NCBI RefSeq assembly: GCF_036365525.1
Contig: NC_090413.1
Coordinates: forward strand, 23,074,299 to 23,138,298
Length of the DNA stretch: 64,000 nucleotides
Reading direction: 5' to 3'
From: Heterodontus francisci
Lineage: Eukaryota
A model generated the notes under the pieces. It saw nothing but the letters and a program-made list of their open reading frames with translations. It had not been told where the DNA came from and did not search any database. The position numbers and the translations under genes were made by a program. This document shows positions 50,370 through 62,706 of the stretch, piece after piece; position 1 is the stretch's first letter, and every line of letters starts with the position of its first letter.

Positions 50370-51497
50370 TAGCCCTCTGAAGACTGACTGACTGTCTTTA
50401 TCAAATGTGCTGAAAGCCATTTAGACAGAAGGTCAGATGATGCAAAGCTTCAGTCACAATAGTCTGGTGTTTGTATAGGGCTCGGCGAGGGTTTAAAAAA
50501 CAAGATGGATGCAGAACTGGAATGAACACAGTTGATAAGGGAGATTTTTGAAGACTGGAGGTAAAATGGTTTTGAGAGAAAATCCTACAAAAGCAGGAAT
50601 ATATGAACTGAAAGTATGCCCAGTGATGGTGGATTGCAAAGATTGTCCTCTCTACTGTTTTGCTTCACTACTTCATTGGCAACCATGTCATCAGATATGT
50701 AGGCCCTAAGTCTGGAATTCCCTCCCTGACCCCCTCCGTCTGTCCCTCCCTCCATCCCTTTCATTCGCACCCTCCTTCCCACTACCCCCGCCTCTCTCCT
50801 CTCTCCTCCCCCCCCCCGCGCCTCTCCTCCACCACCCCCCCCCACCGGCCTCTCTCCTCCACCCCCACCCCCCCCCCCCGGCCTCTCTCCTCCACAAAAC
50901 AATGTCGTAAGAATGCATTGGTTATGCGACCACACTAGTGGCCCAGTGACTTCAGCTTCCACTATGGCAAGTTTTGATGTCAATAGAAGCCAAATCATCG
51001 AGTTATTTTGAGCCTGACACAGAAATATTACCATCTAAGCTACCGGATGGTCATAAAAACCTTAATTGGTTCACTGATGTCTACTGCGTAAGGGAACGTG
51101 CCACCTTTTACCTGGTTTGGCCTGTATGGGAATCCAGGTCCTATGGGATTGGCATTTAACATCCTCTGAAGTGGGCGAGTTAGCTCGTCAATTGTGCAGA
51201 CCATTGCTATGAAACAAGCTCCAGCACTTTCTCAGCAGCCAGGGATGGTTCATGCCAACAGTACCCACATCGCAAAAACAATTAAGATTCCTCCAGTCAC
51301 AATGTGCATTGATGTCGTTAACACATCTGTTAAGATTTCCTCTCCTCCCTGTTTTTGAAGAGAGCCTGTTGTGATTTCACTTGACATACTGAACTGAGGG
51401 CCTCTTCACAAGCAACTTTGCAATAAGCTTTGTGCTCAGTTGTGTCTTTAGCTTAAGGACCCATGGTGTAAAGATAACATTTTTCTCATTGGTGCAG

Positions 51498-51562
51498 ATT
51501 TTGGCAGCAGAGGATAAAGAACTTAATGCTTGGTGTTCACTAAAGAAAACCTGCCAGTTCAG
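51498..51562 (+). CDS. KRI1: KRI1 exon 17
   Basis: tgcAG|ILAAEDKELNAWCSLKKTCQF(R)|GTCAGT, phase 2. Confidence 0.95.
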
Positions 51563-51758
51563 GTCAGTGAGTAAAAGTGAAACCAGGACTTGTGACACTG
51601 CTAGACACGTTAGGTGTTTGGTATGTTGTAGATTGTAAAGTGTGCAGTAGGGCAGACTCGGGTATAAATTAAATAATCCCAAGGCCATAGTCCCAAGTCC
51701 TGCAGGGGTGTGACCTTTTATTACTGTTGTTGATTCATTTTTGGGAACATCCTTGATT

Positions 51759-52102
51759 GTTTAGAGATACAGCACTGAAACAGGCCCTTCGGCCCACCGA
51801 GTCTGTGCCGACCATCAACCACCCATTTATACTAATCCTACACTAATCCTATATTCCTACCGCATCCCCACCTGTCCCTATATTTCCCTACCACCTACCT
51901 ATACTAGGGGCAATTTTATAATGGCCAATTAACCTATCAACCTGCAAGTCTTTGGCATGTGGGAGGAAACCGGAGCACCCGGAGGAAACCCACGCAGACA
52001 CAGGGAGAACTTGCAAACTCCACACAGGCAGTACCCAGAATTGAACCCGGGTCGCTGGAGCTGTGAGGCTGCGGTGCTAACCACTGCGCCACTGTGCCGC
52101 CC
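51759..52102 (-). mobile_element. Full-length young V-SINE (HE1-like), tRNA-derived
   Basis: Minus strand A box TGGCGCAGTGG, B box GGTTCAATTC, V-domain-like ctgtgtggagtttgcaagttctccctgtgtctgcgtgggtttcctccgggtgctccggtttcctcccaca, CR1-like tail gatggtcggcacagactcggtgggccgaagggcctgtttc. Confidence 0.9.
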
Positions 52103-52340
52103 AGGAGTTTGGTAAAATGTACTGGAGGGGAGAGGGCAGACCAGAAGATCCCAGGTTTGAACCCTGTATTTTGCTGAGTTAGCTGATCTGGGTGAATATT
52201 AAAATATATGAATTTATCCTTAACTATTTAATGACTTCATAAAATTGGTGTGAATGAGTAACTGTGTACGGTAATTGCACAAATGTGTACTTGCAAGGAT
52301 GCATGAGAACCTAATGGGGAAAAAAATACTATTTTAACAG

Positions 52341-52436
52341 AACTGAGAAGGAAGAGCTTCATGACTTGAAGATTTACAAGCAGAAAGCACAGAACCTGTG
52401 GAAAAAGCAGCAGATCTTCAAGTCTTTCACTCTGCA
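52341..52436 (+). CDS. KRI1: KRI1 exon 18
   Basis: aacAG|TEKEELHDLKIYKQKAQNLWKKQQIFKSFTL(Q)|GTAAGT, phase 2. Confidence 0.93.
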
Positions 52437-53669
52437 GTAAGTGTAATCTGCTGGCTGTACCAAATATCGTCAGCAATCTTGATAATTGCAGCAACTTGAT
52501 CGTAGGAAGGAAGTGGCGGCTTCAACGTGTTTATTGTAATGACTAAGTGCTTATGGTGTGTTTACAGTATTTTGACAACAACACTACATGTCATTTAAGG
52601 CAAAAACAATTGCCTGTTGCCCAGTTTTGTGCTTTGCATTCAAAGGAGTGAGTTTTGTTTACTCGCCCAAGTCCGTATACCTCAAGTTTATATAACTGTA
52701 CCTCCACTGAGTTGGCATAAAGAACGTATTTCCTATATGTGGTTAAACACCAGCTGGAATGGAGAGCCACTTTTATAATAGTTTGATATCCAACATTATT
52801 GATTTTGTATTTTATTTTCCCTGCTGCTGCTTTCCACCCCCGATCCCCAACCTCCTTTCTTTTTAAATGACTTTTTAATGAATTATCATCAAGGTCAGAA
52901 TTGTTCGCACACTTTTCTAGTTCAGCATCAAGCGCTGCCAATTCTCGTACAACACAATTACGATACAGGGTAAAACTTTACACTCCCCAAGGTCCAACCT
53001 CAGCAAAGCATGTCCTACCCCATCAGTGTAATGTTCTCCATCACCAGACATCCTGTAGCCTTTGTAAGCTACATTGCCAAATAGTGCTGAATGAAAAGCA
53101 CCTACAGGGCCATGCTCACAAGGCTAGGTGTCTCAACAGCCAGTGTTGGAAGAGAAGACTTTTAGTATGAAATGTCTAGGAAATGCAATGAAAATGTTCA
53201 TTTATATAATCAATATCTTCCTTGTTTACAAATATTTCTATGATTTTTGCCCCTTCTTGGCTTTAAAACCTCTTTCAGCCCTATGTGTAACCACCTTCCT
53301 TCTGACTCTGGCCTCCCCTTCACCCAGATCTATCTTTGTTAGTCTAGGTTCCAAATGTCTTGGACTACAATCTGAAATTCTCTCCTAAATCCAGACTTTC
53401 ATCCCATCACCCTGGGTTAGAACTGAGGAACAAAGGTGAAAAGTCAATTGTCTTAACACAACAAACAACCAGTCCCCCAGCTCAAGGGTACTGTTCTTAG
53501 CTTTAGAGCCCCTGCTGTCACTCCAGCTGAGCACTGATAAAATCCAGCGCCTACTATTAACATGCTGTGCTTTTTGCCCACCAAGATATTTGCGTCTCCT
53601 TTTTATAATCGTTTTAGAAAAGATCAATGGATAAAAGTACTAACTGGAAAAAACTTTGCTACTTTGTAG

Positions 53670-54177
53670 GGAAGACGAATCGCAGAGGAACGAAGTCACT
53701 GCCAAAACTAAACCTGGGAAGAAGAGAAGGGATAAGCTGAGAAAGCCGCAACTGCCGGGAGGGGAAGGAGCTGAGGAGGTGGCCGCCAAGCCGAGGCCAA
53801 AGAAAGTGAGGTTGGAGGCTGAGAATAAGCAGGTGGTTGGACTGGACAGTGAAGAGGATGAAGACATCTTGGTTCCCAAACCGAAGAGCAGTACAATTTC
53901 AACAGCCCCAGAGGAAGTAAGACCCAACAAAGAGAAGGATGAAGAAAGATCGCAAGCCCCTCCCATTGTCCACGAGAAAAAATCAAAACATCCAGTCAGG
54001 AAAGGGAAGAAATTTACTAAGAAAAATGTGCTCCTCACTTCCCAAGTGCAGTTGGGTGGTCGTTTGTTCAGTGGTCGGAGACTGCAGGCGTATGGGCTAA
54101 ACCCACGCAAACTGAAATTTAAACAAATAATCAGAGAGCAGAAGAAGAAAGAGAAAAGGAAACCGATCAAAGACTGA
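53670..54177 (+). CDS. KRI1: KRI1 exon 19 (last coding exon); spliced CDS 2307 nt, 768 aa
   Basis: tgtAG|EDESQ...VQLGGRLFSGRRLQAYGLNPRKLKFKQ...KD*; conserved RLQA(F/Y)GLNP C-terminal motif. All 19 exons join in frame. Confidence 0.93.
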
Positions 54178-54243
54178 TTTTATACTGAATAAGATTATTT
54201 TAAACGGTATTGTGAAAAATAGGTTTGTCATCACAGATGGTCC

Positions 54244-54249
54244 AATAAA
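54244..54249 (+). terminator. KRI1 polyadenylation signal
   Basis: AATAAA 66 nt after the stop, followed by a GT/T-rich element (ttgttttgtgttcagtgt). Confidence 0.7.
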
Positions 54250-55504
54250 ATGTCTCGATCCTTTATCTTCTATCATTGGCATTGTTTTGTGTTCAGTGTA
54301 TTATGAAAGGACAGAAGAAATTTCAGGGATGAGAGGTCATTTGGCCCGCTGATGGAGGTTTTGTTTCATGTTCAATTTTCTGAACCTTAACTGGTTTTGT
54401 GTTCCGATTGTGTAATTTGCTGTGATCTGGTGACTCTGCAATTCATGGTACGTTATGTAATCTAAGATAAAACTCCCTTCCTCCAAAGGAGCACTCCAGC
54501 TGGTTGAGAATTTCAGACAGTATCTTGCACAGCCACTGGCAGACCAGGTTTACTGTGAGATTTGAAGGCTCACCTTGAGAGTCTAGCTGTCTGCCATTGA
54601 AATGGAACAGAATTTGATGTCTCCAAGTTGATTGGGCTCAATTCTTTCCATTCAAAAGTGTGGACATGTAGACTTGTTCATACCTTGTTCTGGACAAGTT
54701 TAACTTTTGTTCTTCACAAATGGTCTAGAGAAACAGTTTTGGGATTCTGCTTAATCATTTTCAGTGGTGTTAGAGTAGACAGACGTGTACCCTGTGAGCT
54801 GAGGGTGAACAAATTCTGCCTTGTGAAGTAATGTTTTTGGGCAATTATTTCCACGGAGTGTAGTACTTGGCAACAGTTTTCATTCCGATACAAATAAGGA
54901 AATTTGGGGTAAAGTTTGGTGAGGATAAAGGTTTTCAAATTAAAGTACACTGTTCATTCACCCCAATCTCTTAACTCAGTAGCAGTTCTTTATGTGTGCG
55001 CCTGAACAATGAGTATTGCGTATGTATTCACTGGAGTATCTCAGCTAAGCACATCACATTTCCTACTGTGGATCATGATCAGGAGCCCTAGCTCAGGAAC
55101 ACTGATGCCATTTTGTAGTTTCCTGAGCAGTACTAGTGGAATTTCACTTAACACAGGACAGACTGGGGAAGGAACCTGCGACCACTGAGGGGAGACACAT
55201 GGTATCTTCTATTGGAAATTCAAGCCTCAAGGAGCCTAGTCATGTTTGGTTTCCAGCTAAACAGGGCTGATTCGATGTCATTTGCACTTGTGTTCTGCCA
55301 GTTCTGTACTATTGGGTGCTGAATTTTGTTTGAAGCACTCCCCCATAGAAATGGCATAAATTGGAAGTATTTCTTCCTGTTGAATGCTATTACCTACTTT
55401 AGATAAGATATTAGAAACTTAGCATGAGTAAATTGATAAGTCATGGAAATTGGTGTTAAAAGTTTAATTCAACTGTGTTTAAACATCATTCCTTAGATGA
55501 AAAA

Positions 55505-55943
55505 GGACTTTCATTTATATCGTGCTTTTCAAGACCACCAGATGTCTCAAAGTACTTAATAGCCAATGAAGTACTTTGAAGTGTAGTCACTGTTGTAATG
55601 TAGGAAACACAGCAGCCAATTTGTACACAATCAGGTCCCACAAACAGCAATGTCTGTTTTTTGTGATATTGATTGAAGGATGAATATTGGCCGAGGCACC
55701 AGGGATAACTTCCCTACTCTTCCTCGAAATAGCACTTCAGGATCGTTTACATCCACCCGAGCAGTCAGATGGGGCCTCGGGTTAACGTCTCATCCGAAAG
55801 ACAGCACCTCCAACAGTGTAGCACTTGCTCAGTACTGCACTGAAGTGTCAGCGTAGATTTTTGTGCTGAAGCCCTGGACTGGGAATTGAACGCACTACCT
55901 TGTGACTCACAGGCAAGAGTGCTACCAGCTGTGAGCCATGGCC
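55505..55943 (-). mobile_element. Full-length Deu-domain SINE (SacSINE1-like)
   Basis: Minus strand tRNA-like head (tggctca...ggtagcactcttgcctgtgagtca...gttcaattccca), core ctttcggatgagacgttaacccgaggcccc, tail ...atataaatgaaagtcc. Confidence 0.88.
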
Positions 55944-56924
55944 ATGTAATATTCATGATGCTTGCTTTACAGATTCATAGTCCTGCTGCAGTATGCCATC
56001 TGGTGTATATTTTTCCGGTAACAGTCCCTACAGACACAGTTTCTTATAAGTGTGTCTGCCTTTGTTGTCCTGGCTTAAAACTTGTCTCTGAATCTTATTG
56101 TGGGAACGCTTAGCGTGCCTGCATGCAATTTCATCCTCCTGTTTTATTTGGTGTGTTAATCAATTTACAGTAAACAGATTAGTGGTTCCAATCAAAATAG
56201 TGGCAAGGATAATTTAAACGCATTCTTGTCTCCTGTCAAAATCAAAATGTTGCCATAAGGTACTCAGCTGGTGCTCTATTTGAACGAATTGTTTCTGACT
56301 GGGGACCAAAGGGCAGCATTATATCTGATCTAGTGGAAACTAAGAAGTACAAATCATTATAAATGCAAAATGTGTTGTTTAGAGAGGAGGGGAAATAAGT
56401 GGAGAGAAAATTCTTGGATCTGTGCGTTTTCGATCATTTTAGTACCTCAAGTAATTTGCTTCTTTACTGCTCAGCTGAATCTAAATTTAGCTTGTAGGGT
56501 ATGGTTGGTGTCTGTATGACCTCCTGACCTACAGGTTATTAATTCAGATGCTGCCATGTCTCCTTTCTCTTTCACACCCCAGCCCTACCCAACCTCCAGT
56601 TGTGTGTCAGTGTTTCATCCTGTATTATCCCTTCTATAAGATGATCAGAATGTACCTTTTTGACCAGCATACAAATTTTAAATGTAATAAAATTTGAAAA
56701 GAAATCATGCCTTGGTGCTCTACAGATGGTTTCGTTCACTGTTCTGAGCTGAGCTGGCTAATCTTGAGCTAGAGCACCTCAACTGGCCTGTGAGATGTTG
56801 CGCTAGAAAGTGGGGGAAGCAAACCAGGTGGGGCTCCTGCTTCTGAACTCTAGGAACAGCACCCCATTTTTTGACTAAGCACCTTGCTTCTGACTAAACA
56901 CAGTTCAACAATTTCAGATCTTAA

Positions 56925-57250
56925 CCTCTGCCCCCATTTTTATCTTTTTGTGTTCTGTTGTTTTTGGACGGCAGCTGTTGGTGATCATTCTTTTCAAATC
57001 ATTTCAAATTTACACCTCCTCTAGACACGTCTTTTTGTTTCTCTACATGTCCCATGACCATCTCATTCTTGCCTTGCACTATCATCCCTTTTGTCATTTA
57101 ATCTCTCCTGTCTTCCATCCCATCAGAACTCCCAGCTCTGATGAAGGATCATCAACCTGAAACGTTAACCCTTTCTCTCTCTGCGATGCTGCTGGGTCTG
57201 CTGAGTATTTGCTGTTTTTATTTCAGATTTCCAGCAGCTGCAGTATTTTG
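56925..57250 (+). mobile_element. Penelope-like terminal region with hammerhead core at 57138-57166
   Basis: CTGATGA-aggatcatcaacct-GAAACGTT-aac followed by the shared tail gatgctgc...ctgctgagtattt...tttatttcagatttccagca...gcagtattttg. Confidence 0.75.
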
Positions 57251-58620
57251 ATCCTGTGATCCTGTTTCTTATCATTGTCCACTGCCCCCTGTTGGAAATT
57301 GCCCATTAAGCGATGACAGTCAGGGACTGTGATGCCTTCCTTGGTTGGAACAGCCTGCTGGCATATATTCTCTGGACCTGAACATGAATGTACTGCCTTT
57401 TGAGTAAGAGTTCTTTTTGAAAAAGAACAAAGCTAATGCAACTTCCTTACCATGCAATATCCTTTACAAAATTTCACAATTTTCCAGCCTCATGTGCACA
57501 TTTTCCGTCAGTATGATTGCGTGTGACCTTGAACTGCAGTCATTGCTACACTTCTTTAGAACAACAATCAACTTAAACACAGCAAGGTCCCATATACAGC
57601 AATAGAGATAAATGAGAAAAGTACTGCCTCAGTGCTTCATTGCAATGTTAGCTCATAAGATGGGATGCATATGGTGACGCCATTCTTCTTGGCCAGAATG
57701 GAGATGAGTACAGCATCAGGCTAGTGTAATGAAGAGCCTCCAGACCCCCCAAAAAAGCACAGAGGCATCAGTAAATAGCTAAACACAGCACAGTCCGAGA
57801 TTATCTGCCTGATGAGCAAGCACTAATCCGCAGCAAAGTCCAGCATTACGAGGACAATAGAAATTTTTGAAAGCCGTTCATTCTCAAAGAACTTGCATGG
57901 AAAGCTAACTTGGTGTTGAACAGATTCAAATCAGAATGGGGGATTTCAAGCTTGCTGATTAGCATGTGCTTTGGTCAGCTCTCCATCCTATATTTCAGCT
58001 TAGAATGCAGTATTTACATTCACTGACTATTCCCCCTATTCAATGCTTCCTCACAACAGGGGGAAGTCTTGTTTAGAGGGAATAGTCTGTGAATGCCACT
58101 GATTTAATCCGGTTCTTCTAATATCTCAGCTTTATTTGTAACTGAGTCAGGCACAGCATATCTTTTGCATTATTGTGTTATCCAGGAATACACTAAATAG
58201 TATTTCAGACAGGGATGATCTTCAGATAGAGGTGTCTAATCAACCTTTTTATACAGCTCAACAACACAAATCACATTTAAAATCTAACACTTCATAATTT
58301 GCTTGTGATGGAAGTACTGTACAACGATAACTTTTTTTTTGCCCTCCCGTTTTGCTACATGGTCTCTGCTTCTTTGAACTTTCATTTCTTGCACTGAAAC
58401 TATAACACACACATACCTACTCTTTCTACTCCCTCCACCCCTACTGTGCAAATCAAGATTCATCGCACTGTCTTCTACTCTAAACTCAATGGTTTCACGA
58501 CCTCTAAAATTTGGAAGTCATTAATCTTTCAGTGACCATGTACAAGGCCTTCAAATAATTTTTTGTTAGGTAAAAGTATTTAGGGTTATGGAACCAAAGC
58601 AACGAGATAGAGCTGCGGTA

Positions 58621-58798
58621 ATATAAAAGCAAAATACTGCGGATGCTGGAAATCTGAAACAAAAACAAGAAATGCTGGAATCACTCAGCAGGTCTGGCAG
58701 CATCTGTGGAAAGAGAAGCAGAGTTAACGTTTAATGTTAACTCTGCTTCTCTTTCCATAGATGCTGCCAGACCTGCTGAGTGATTCCAGCATTTCTTG
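58621..58798. mobile_element. Penelope-derived fold-back micro-insertion (63-bp arms) flanked by a 17-bp TSD, inside an old CR1 3' UTR fragment
   Basis: Arms 58666-58728 / 58736-58798 with one mismatch; direct repeat gagatagagctgcggta at 58604-58620 and 58798-58814. Confidence 0.9.
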
Positions 58799-59239
58799 AG
58801 ATAGAGCTGCGGTACTGGTCAGTAGTTTCTAATTGAATAGCCTACTCCTTTTCAACTTTGGGGATATCTATACACTAATTTTTGTAGAAAACTCCCTGCA
58901 TGCACTGGCACAATATGGGTAAATGTCCCTCACCTGTACATTCCCTTGTTTTTTTACCTTTAACCCTGTAAATGTTTCCCCTTCAAGTTTTTTTAAAATC
59001 TCTTTTAAAAGTTATCATAGTAGCTGCTTCTGGCCACTCCAGATCACAACTTTCTGCTTAAAAGAAAGGTTTTCCTCCTGGTGCCTCTGGTTCTTCTGCC
59101 AATTTTAATTTTATTTAGGTATTGAACTTGCCACAGTGAAAGTCAACATTGCTTGCTTAACCCAATATTGACTTTGACGTTGCCCATTGAACCATCGCCT
59201 ATCTCAGACAATGATGGCATCATTTCCCACCCCCCTCAC

Positions 59240-59708
59240 TGGTCCCACCTTTCCTCAACGCTCATTGGCTAACCAACGCTGGCCCGTGAATGGCCCCTGT
59301 CGCTGTCAATCTGACGTGTATCTCCGCCCATTTCCACACCCCCCCCCCCTCCCCATGCCCAGACGGCCCCGCCCCACTTTGCAAGATCAGGTGTCCATCA
59401 AACCACCGAGCACGTTCGGGTGTACAAACCAGAAAAACCCGCCCCGCCCCCCTCCTCCTCTTCTCACTCTTGATTGGCCCTCTCCCGCAACAGAGCGCGT
59501 CCCGGAGAGGCCGGCGATTGGGTGAAGCCGACCGTCAATCAATCTATCAGGTGAGTGTGAGAGGTCGGCGTCGCGGCTCGGTAAAATGTCGGTGGCCGGT
59601 GAGAGTGGCGCACTGGCGATTTTAGAAATAAAGCATTTAAATTATTAAAAAAAAAAAAATTTTTTTTACTTCACAACGTTTTTCTTTGGGGCGGGGGGGG
59701 GAAACAAA
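59240..59708 (+). promoter_or_regulatory. CpG-island promoter/5' UTR of the RNF11-like gene
   Basis: ATTGG boxes (~59264, 59473, 59517), TGACGT (~59312), GC boxes CCCGCCCC (~59368, ~59438); high CpG density continuing into the exon. Confidence 0.75.
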
Positions 59709-59885
59709 ATGGGCAACTGCTTCAAATCGCAGTCGGGCGATGACATCTCGCTGCTGAATGATTCGGCGAGTGACGCCGGAGCGGGAGCGGGAGCCGGAGA
59801 GGGAGCGGCCGGCGGGGGAGCTGGAGCGGAGGGAGAGCCGGCCCCGGGCTTGCTGCTAATGCTGCCACCTTCACCACTTTACCAG
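59709..59885 (+). CDS. RNF11: RNF11-like RING-H2 protein, coding exon 1 (59 aa); downstream exons not found in window
   Basis: MGNCFKSQSGDDISLLNDS closely resembles the RNF11 N-terminus (MGNCLKSPTSDDISLLHES); exon ends ...YQ|GTCGGT in phase 0, the position of the PPPPYQ segment in RNF11. Ortholog versus paralog status is unresolved. Confidence 0.8.
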
Positions 59886-59979
59886 GTCGGTGTGTGGGGG
59901 AGGGGGAAGCAGCCAAAAAAAAAATGATATATATTTCTTTTTAATTGGATGCTCAACTCAAGTTTATTAAACTGGAAAG

Positions 59980-60780
59980 AAAACCTTACATTTATATAGC
60001 GCCTTTCACAACCTCCCTTTTGCAATGTAGGAACTCCCCACTTCTCTTTTTGAAGTAGTGCCACCGGGGAGGGGGAAGGGGGAATGGTGGTGGTGGGGTT
60101 CTCAGTTTCATGTCTATTCCCAAAGCCCGGGCACTTCTGGCAGTGTGGCACTCCCTTCAGTGCTGCACTTGGGAGTGTCAGCTTTGATCTCTGAACTGGT
60201 GCTTGAACCCGCAACCTTCTGACTCAGGTCAGGCACAACTGATACTGGAGGGGTGGGGAAAGCATCATAATCAGGGATCGAAAAAAAAAAGTCGATGGGT
60301 TGCTGTATATCACAACAACTGCATCAAAGGGCTTCCTAAGTACTAACTTCAACAGAAAAATGAGCCCCACTTATTTGTATACATTAGAATGTTCCCCGAA
60401 TAATAAAGCACATACATTTCTATAGAGCCTATCTCCACCTCAGGATGTTCCAAAGCACTTTATCTTAGAGTCAATTAAGTACTTTTCAAGTTTAGTGATT
60501 GTTACAATTTTAAAAATGTGGTTGCGCACAGCAAGCTCCCGCAATGACGTGACCATGACTGAATCATTTCTTTTTAGGGATAGTTATTGGCCAGTGACTG
60601 GGGAGAACTCCCCTGCTCTTCAAATAGTGCCGTGGGATCTTTTTCATCCACCTGAGAGGGTAGACAGGACCTCAGTTTAACTTCACAACCATAAGTTGAC
60701 ATCTGCAACAGTGCAACACTCCTTCAGTGCTGCACAGGAGTGTCAGCCTGGATTTTTGTGCTCAAGTCTCTGGAGTACAT
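59980..60780 (-). mobile_element. Two degraded SacSINE1-like SINEs (~59980-60240, ~60415-60780)
   Basis: catttatatagcgcctttcacaacctc, gagaactcccctgctcttcaaatagtgccgtgggatc and gtgtcagcctggatttttgtgctcaagtctctggagt. Confidence 0.75.
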
Positions 60781-61502
60781 TACGAGTTCACAGGTTTCCT
60801 TCTACCTTAAGGCTCATTTGATAGCTGGTGTGTCACTGAGCCAGAGAGGGTAGAAAGTCCCAAGTTGGATTCCCGGTTAGCCTGGCGGCTCTGCTGGAGT
60901 TGGTACCCTTGGGTGAATTCTGAGAGAAATCAACCACCTATTAGCTACCCAAGTGATCCAAGCTCGAAAGTGCACTTGAGGACGGGATAGGCCTCGTCTG
61001 TGGTGCACTCCACAGCTCAATAGCCTGCCAATGCTTGCTGTCCCGACTCGAAACAAAGAATGGAGGATAATCAGCTCCCAGCGGGAGTCTGCATTTTCAG
61101 GAGAGTTTTTCCAGTAATTAATTAAACGCATCAACAGTACTGAACTGGATGCAGGCAAGCATTTCGGAAATTATAATAGTTCAGTCTCATTACTGAGTAT
61201 AAATTCCTGTGAAGACGTTTTTGTTTCATCGAATTCAGGTGACTGTCACCAGTCTCCACCTGGAGCACTACAAACACATATGTCCTGAAAGATAATCTTT
61301 CCTAAATTTATGTATAAACACACAAAGGCTTCAAATAATTTGATACCTAAAGCTTCATTTCGATACGGGTTACTGATATTAAAGTGATGATGATGTATCT
61401 GTAGTGTGATTTGCAAGGCAGTATTTTCAGCGCCTCACTTATGAGTGTGTTTGAAATGTTCCCGGTGTAAAAAGGTGGTTAAATGATTGAAAGGGAGGAA
61501 GA

Positions 61503-61817
61503 TTTATTTTTTTTATTTATTTAGAAATACAGCACTGAAACAGGCCCTTTGGCCCACCAAGTCTGTGCCGACCAACAACCACCCATTTATACTAGCCCTA
61601 CAGTAATCCCATATTCCCTACCACCTACTTACACTAGGGGCAATTTACAATGGCCAATTTACCTATCACCTGCAAGTCTTTGGCTGTGGGAGGAAACCGG
61701 AGCACCTGCGAAAACCCACACGGTCACAGGGAGAACTTGCAAACTCCACACAGGCAGTACCCAGAATCGAATCCGGGTCCCTGGAGCTGTGAGGCTGCGG
61801 TGCTAACTACTGCACCA
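61503..61817 (-). mobile_element. V-SINE (HE1-like), second copy
   Basis: Highly similar to 51759-52102 with a short internal deletion. Confidence 0.88.
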
Positions 61818-62706
61818 CATAAGAACTGAAGGAGGCCATTCAGCCCCTCGAGCCTGTTCCGCGATTAACTCCATCTTCCCGCCTTGGTTCTGTAACTGAT
61901 TATACACTTGCGAGGGAGCAATGCTAGCATTATCGGAGAACAGCGTAGTTTATCCAGAGTGTTCTCTCTCTCAGTGTAATTATTCAGGAGGCCGCATTTT
62001 TATTTTCAAGCACTAAACCTGTGAACATTCTCTCGACCATCCAGTATTGCATTGCCTTTTCGTTCATTCCTACTTTGGGAGAGTGGCTTTGTTCATACTG
62101 GTACTGGTTTAATGTTTGCTGCGGACTGTTGTACACTGACTGCTAACTGGTGTTTTTTGCAGAGGGCAAGCCAAGATGGCATCTTGCTTGAGGACTGCTC
62201 CAGGGAATGGTGCTTTCCTGAGTGACACGATGGGGGGTTGTGCCTGTGATTCCCCATCTGCTAAGCTCTGATTTCAAAGGTGCCACTGTGGCTAGTTTTT
62301 GGGAAGTGGATTCCGAGCACTTCCCCATAGGAAGAGACAGCACACCGTCCAGCTCTATTTTAATAGAGGGACCTTTCATTTGCTGCGTGGGGGTAGCCCT
62401 AATGGCATTCCTTTGGGGTTTCTGGCTTTTTGATGTTTGGGAACCCAGACGCCAGCTCATTCAACATCCCACAGGCGGGCAGACCATGAATGAAGGCTTT
62501 GAGGCACTGTGGAGCAGCAAGTCGAGGGCCATCGTTAACAGGGGTGATGTCTGTAAAGTTGGAGGAGATATGGTGAGATCAAAAAGACCTTGTCCCACCT
62601 GTATACGGGTGGGGGCTACAAATAGACATTGGCTATAAGTACCACTGCTATAAGAAGGATGACACTGTACAAAGTGTGTAAAAAAAAAAGGCTTGTTTAC
62701 TGTGTG

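Noticed and set aside
52030-52102. tRNA-like sequence with A and B boxes
   Set aside because: It is the head of a SINE, continuous with a V-domain and LINE-like tail, with a second copy at 61.5-61.8 kb; not a tRNA gene.
53640-54170. 176-aa antisense ORF over the KRI1 last exon
   Set aside because: Shadow ORF of a purine-rich coding exon; no independent coding signal.
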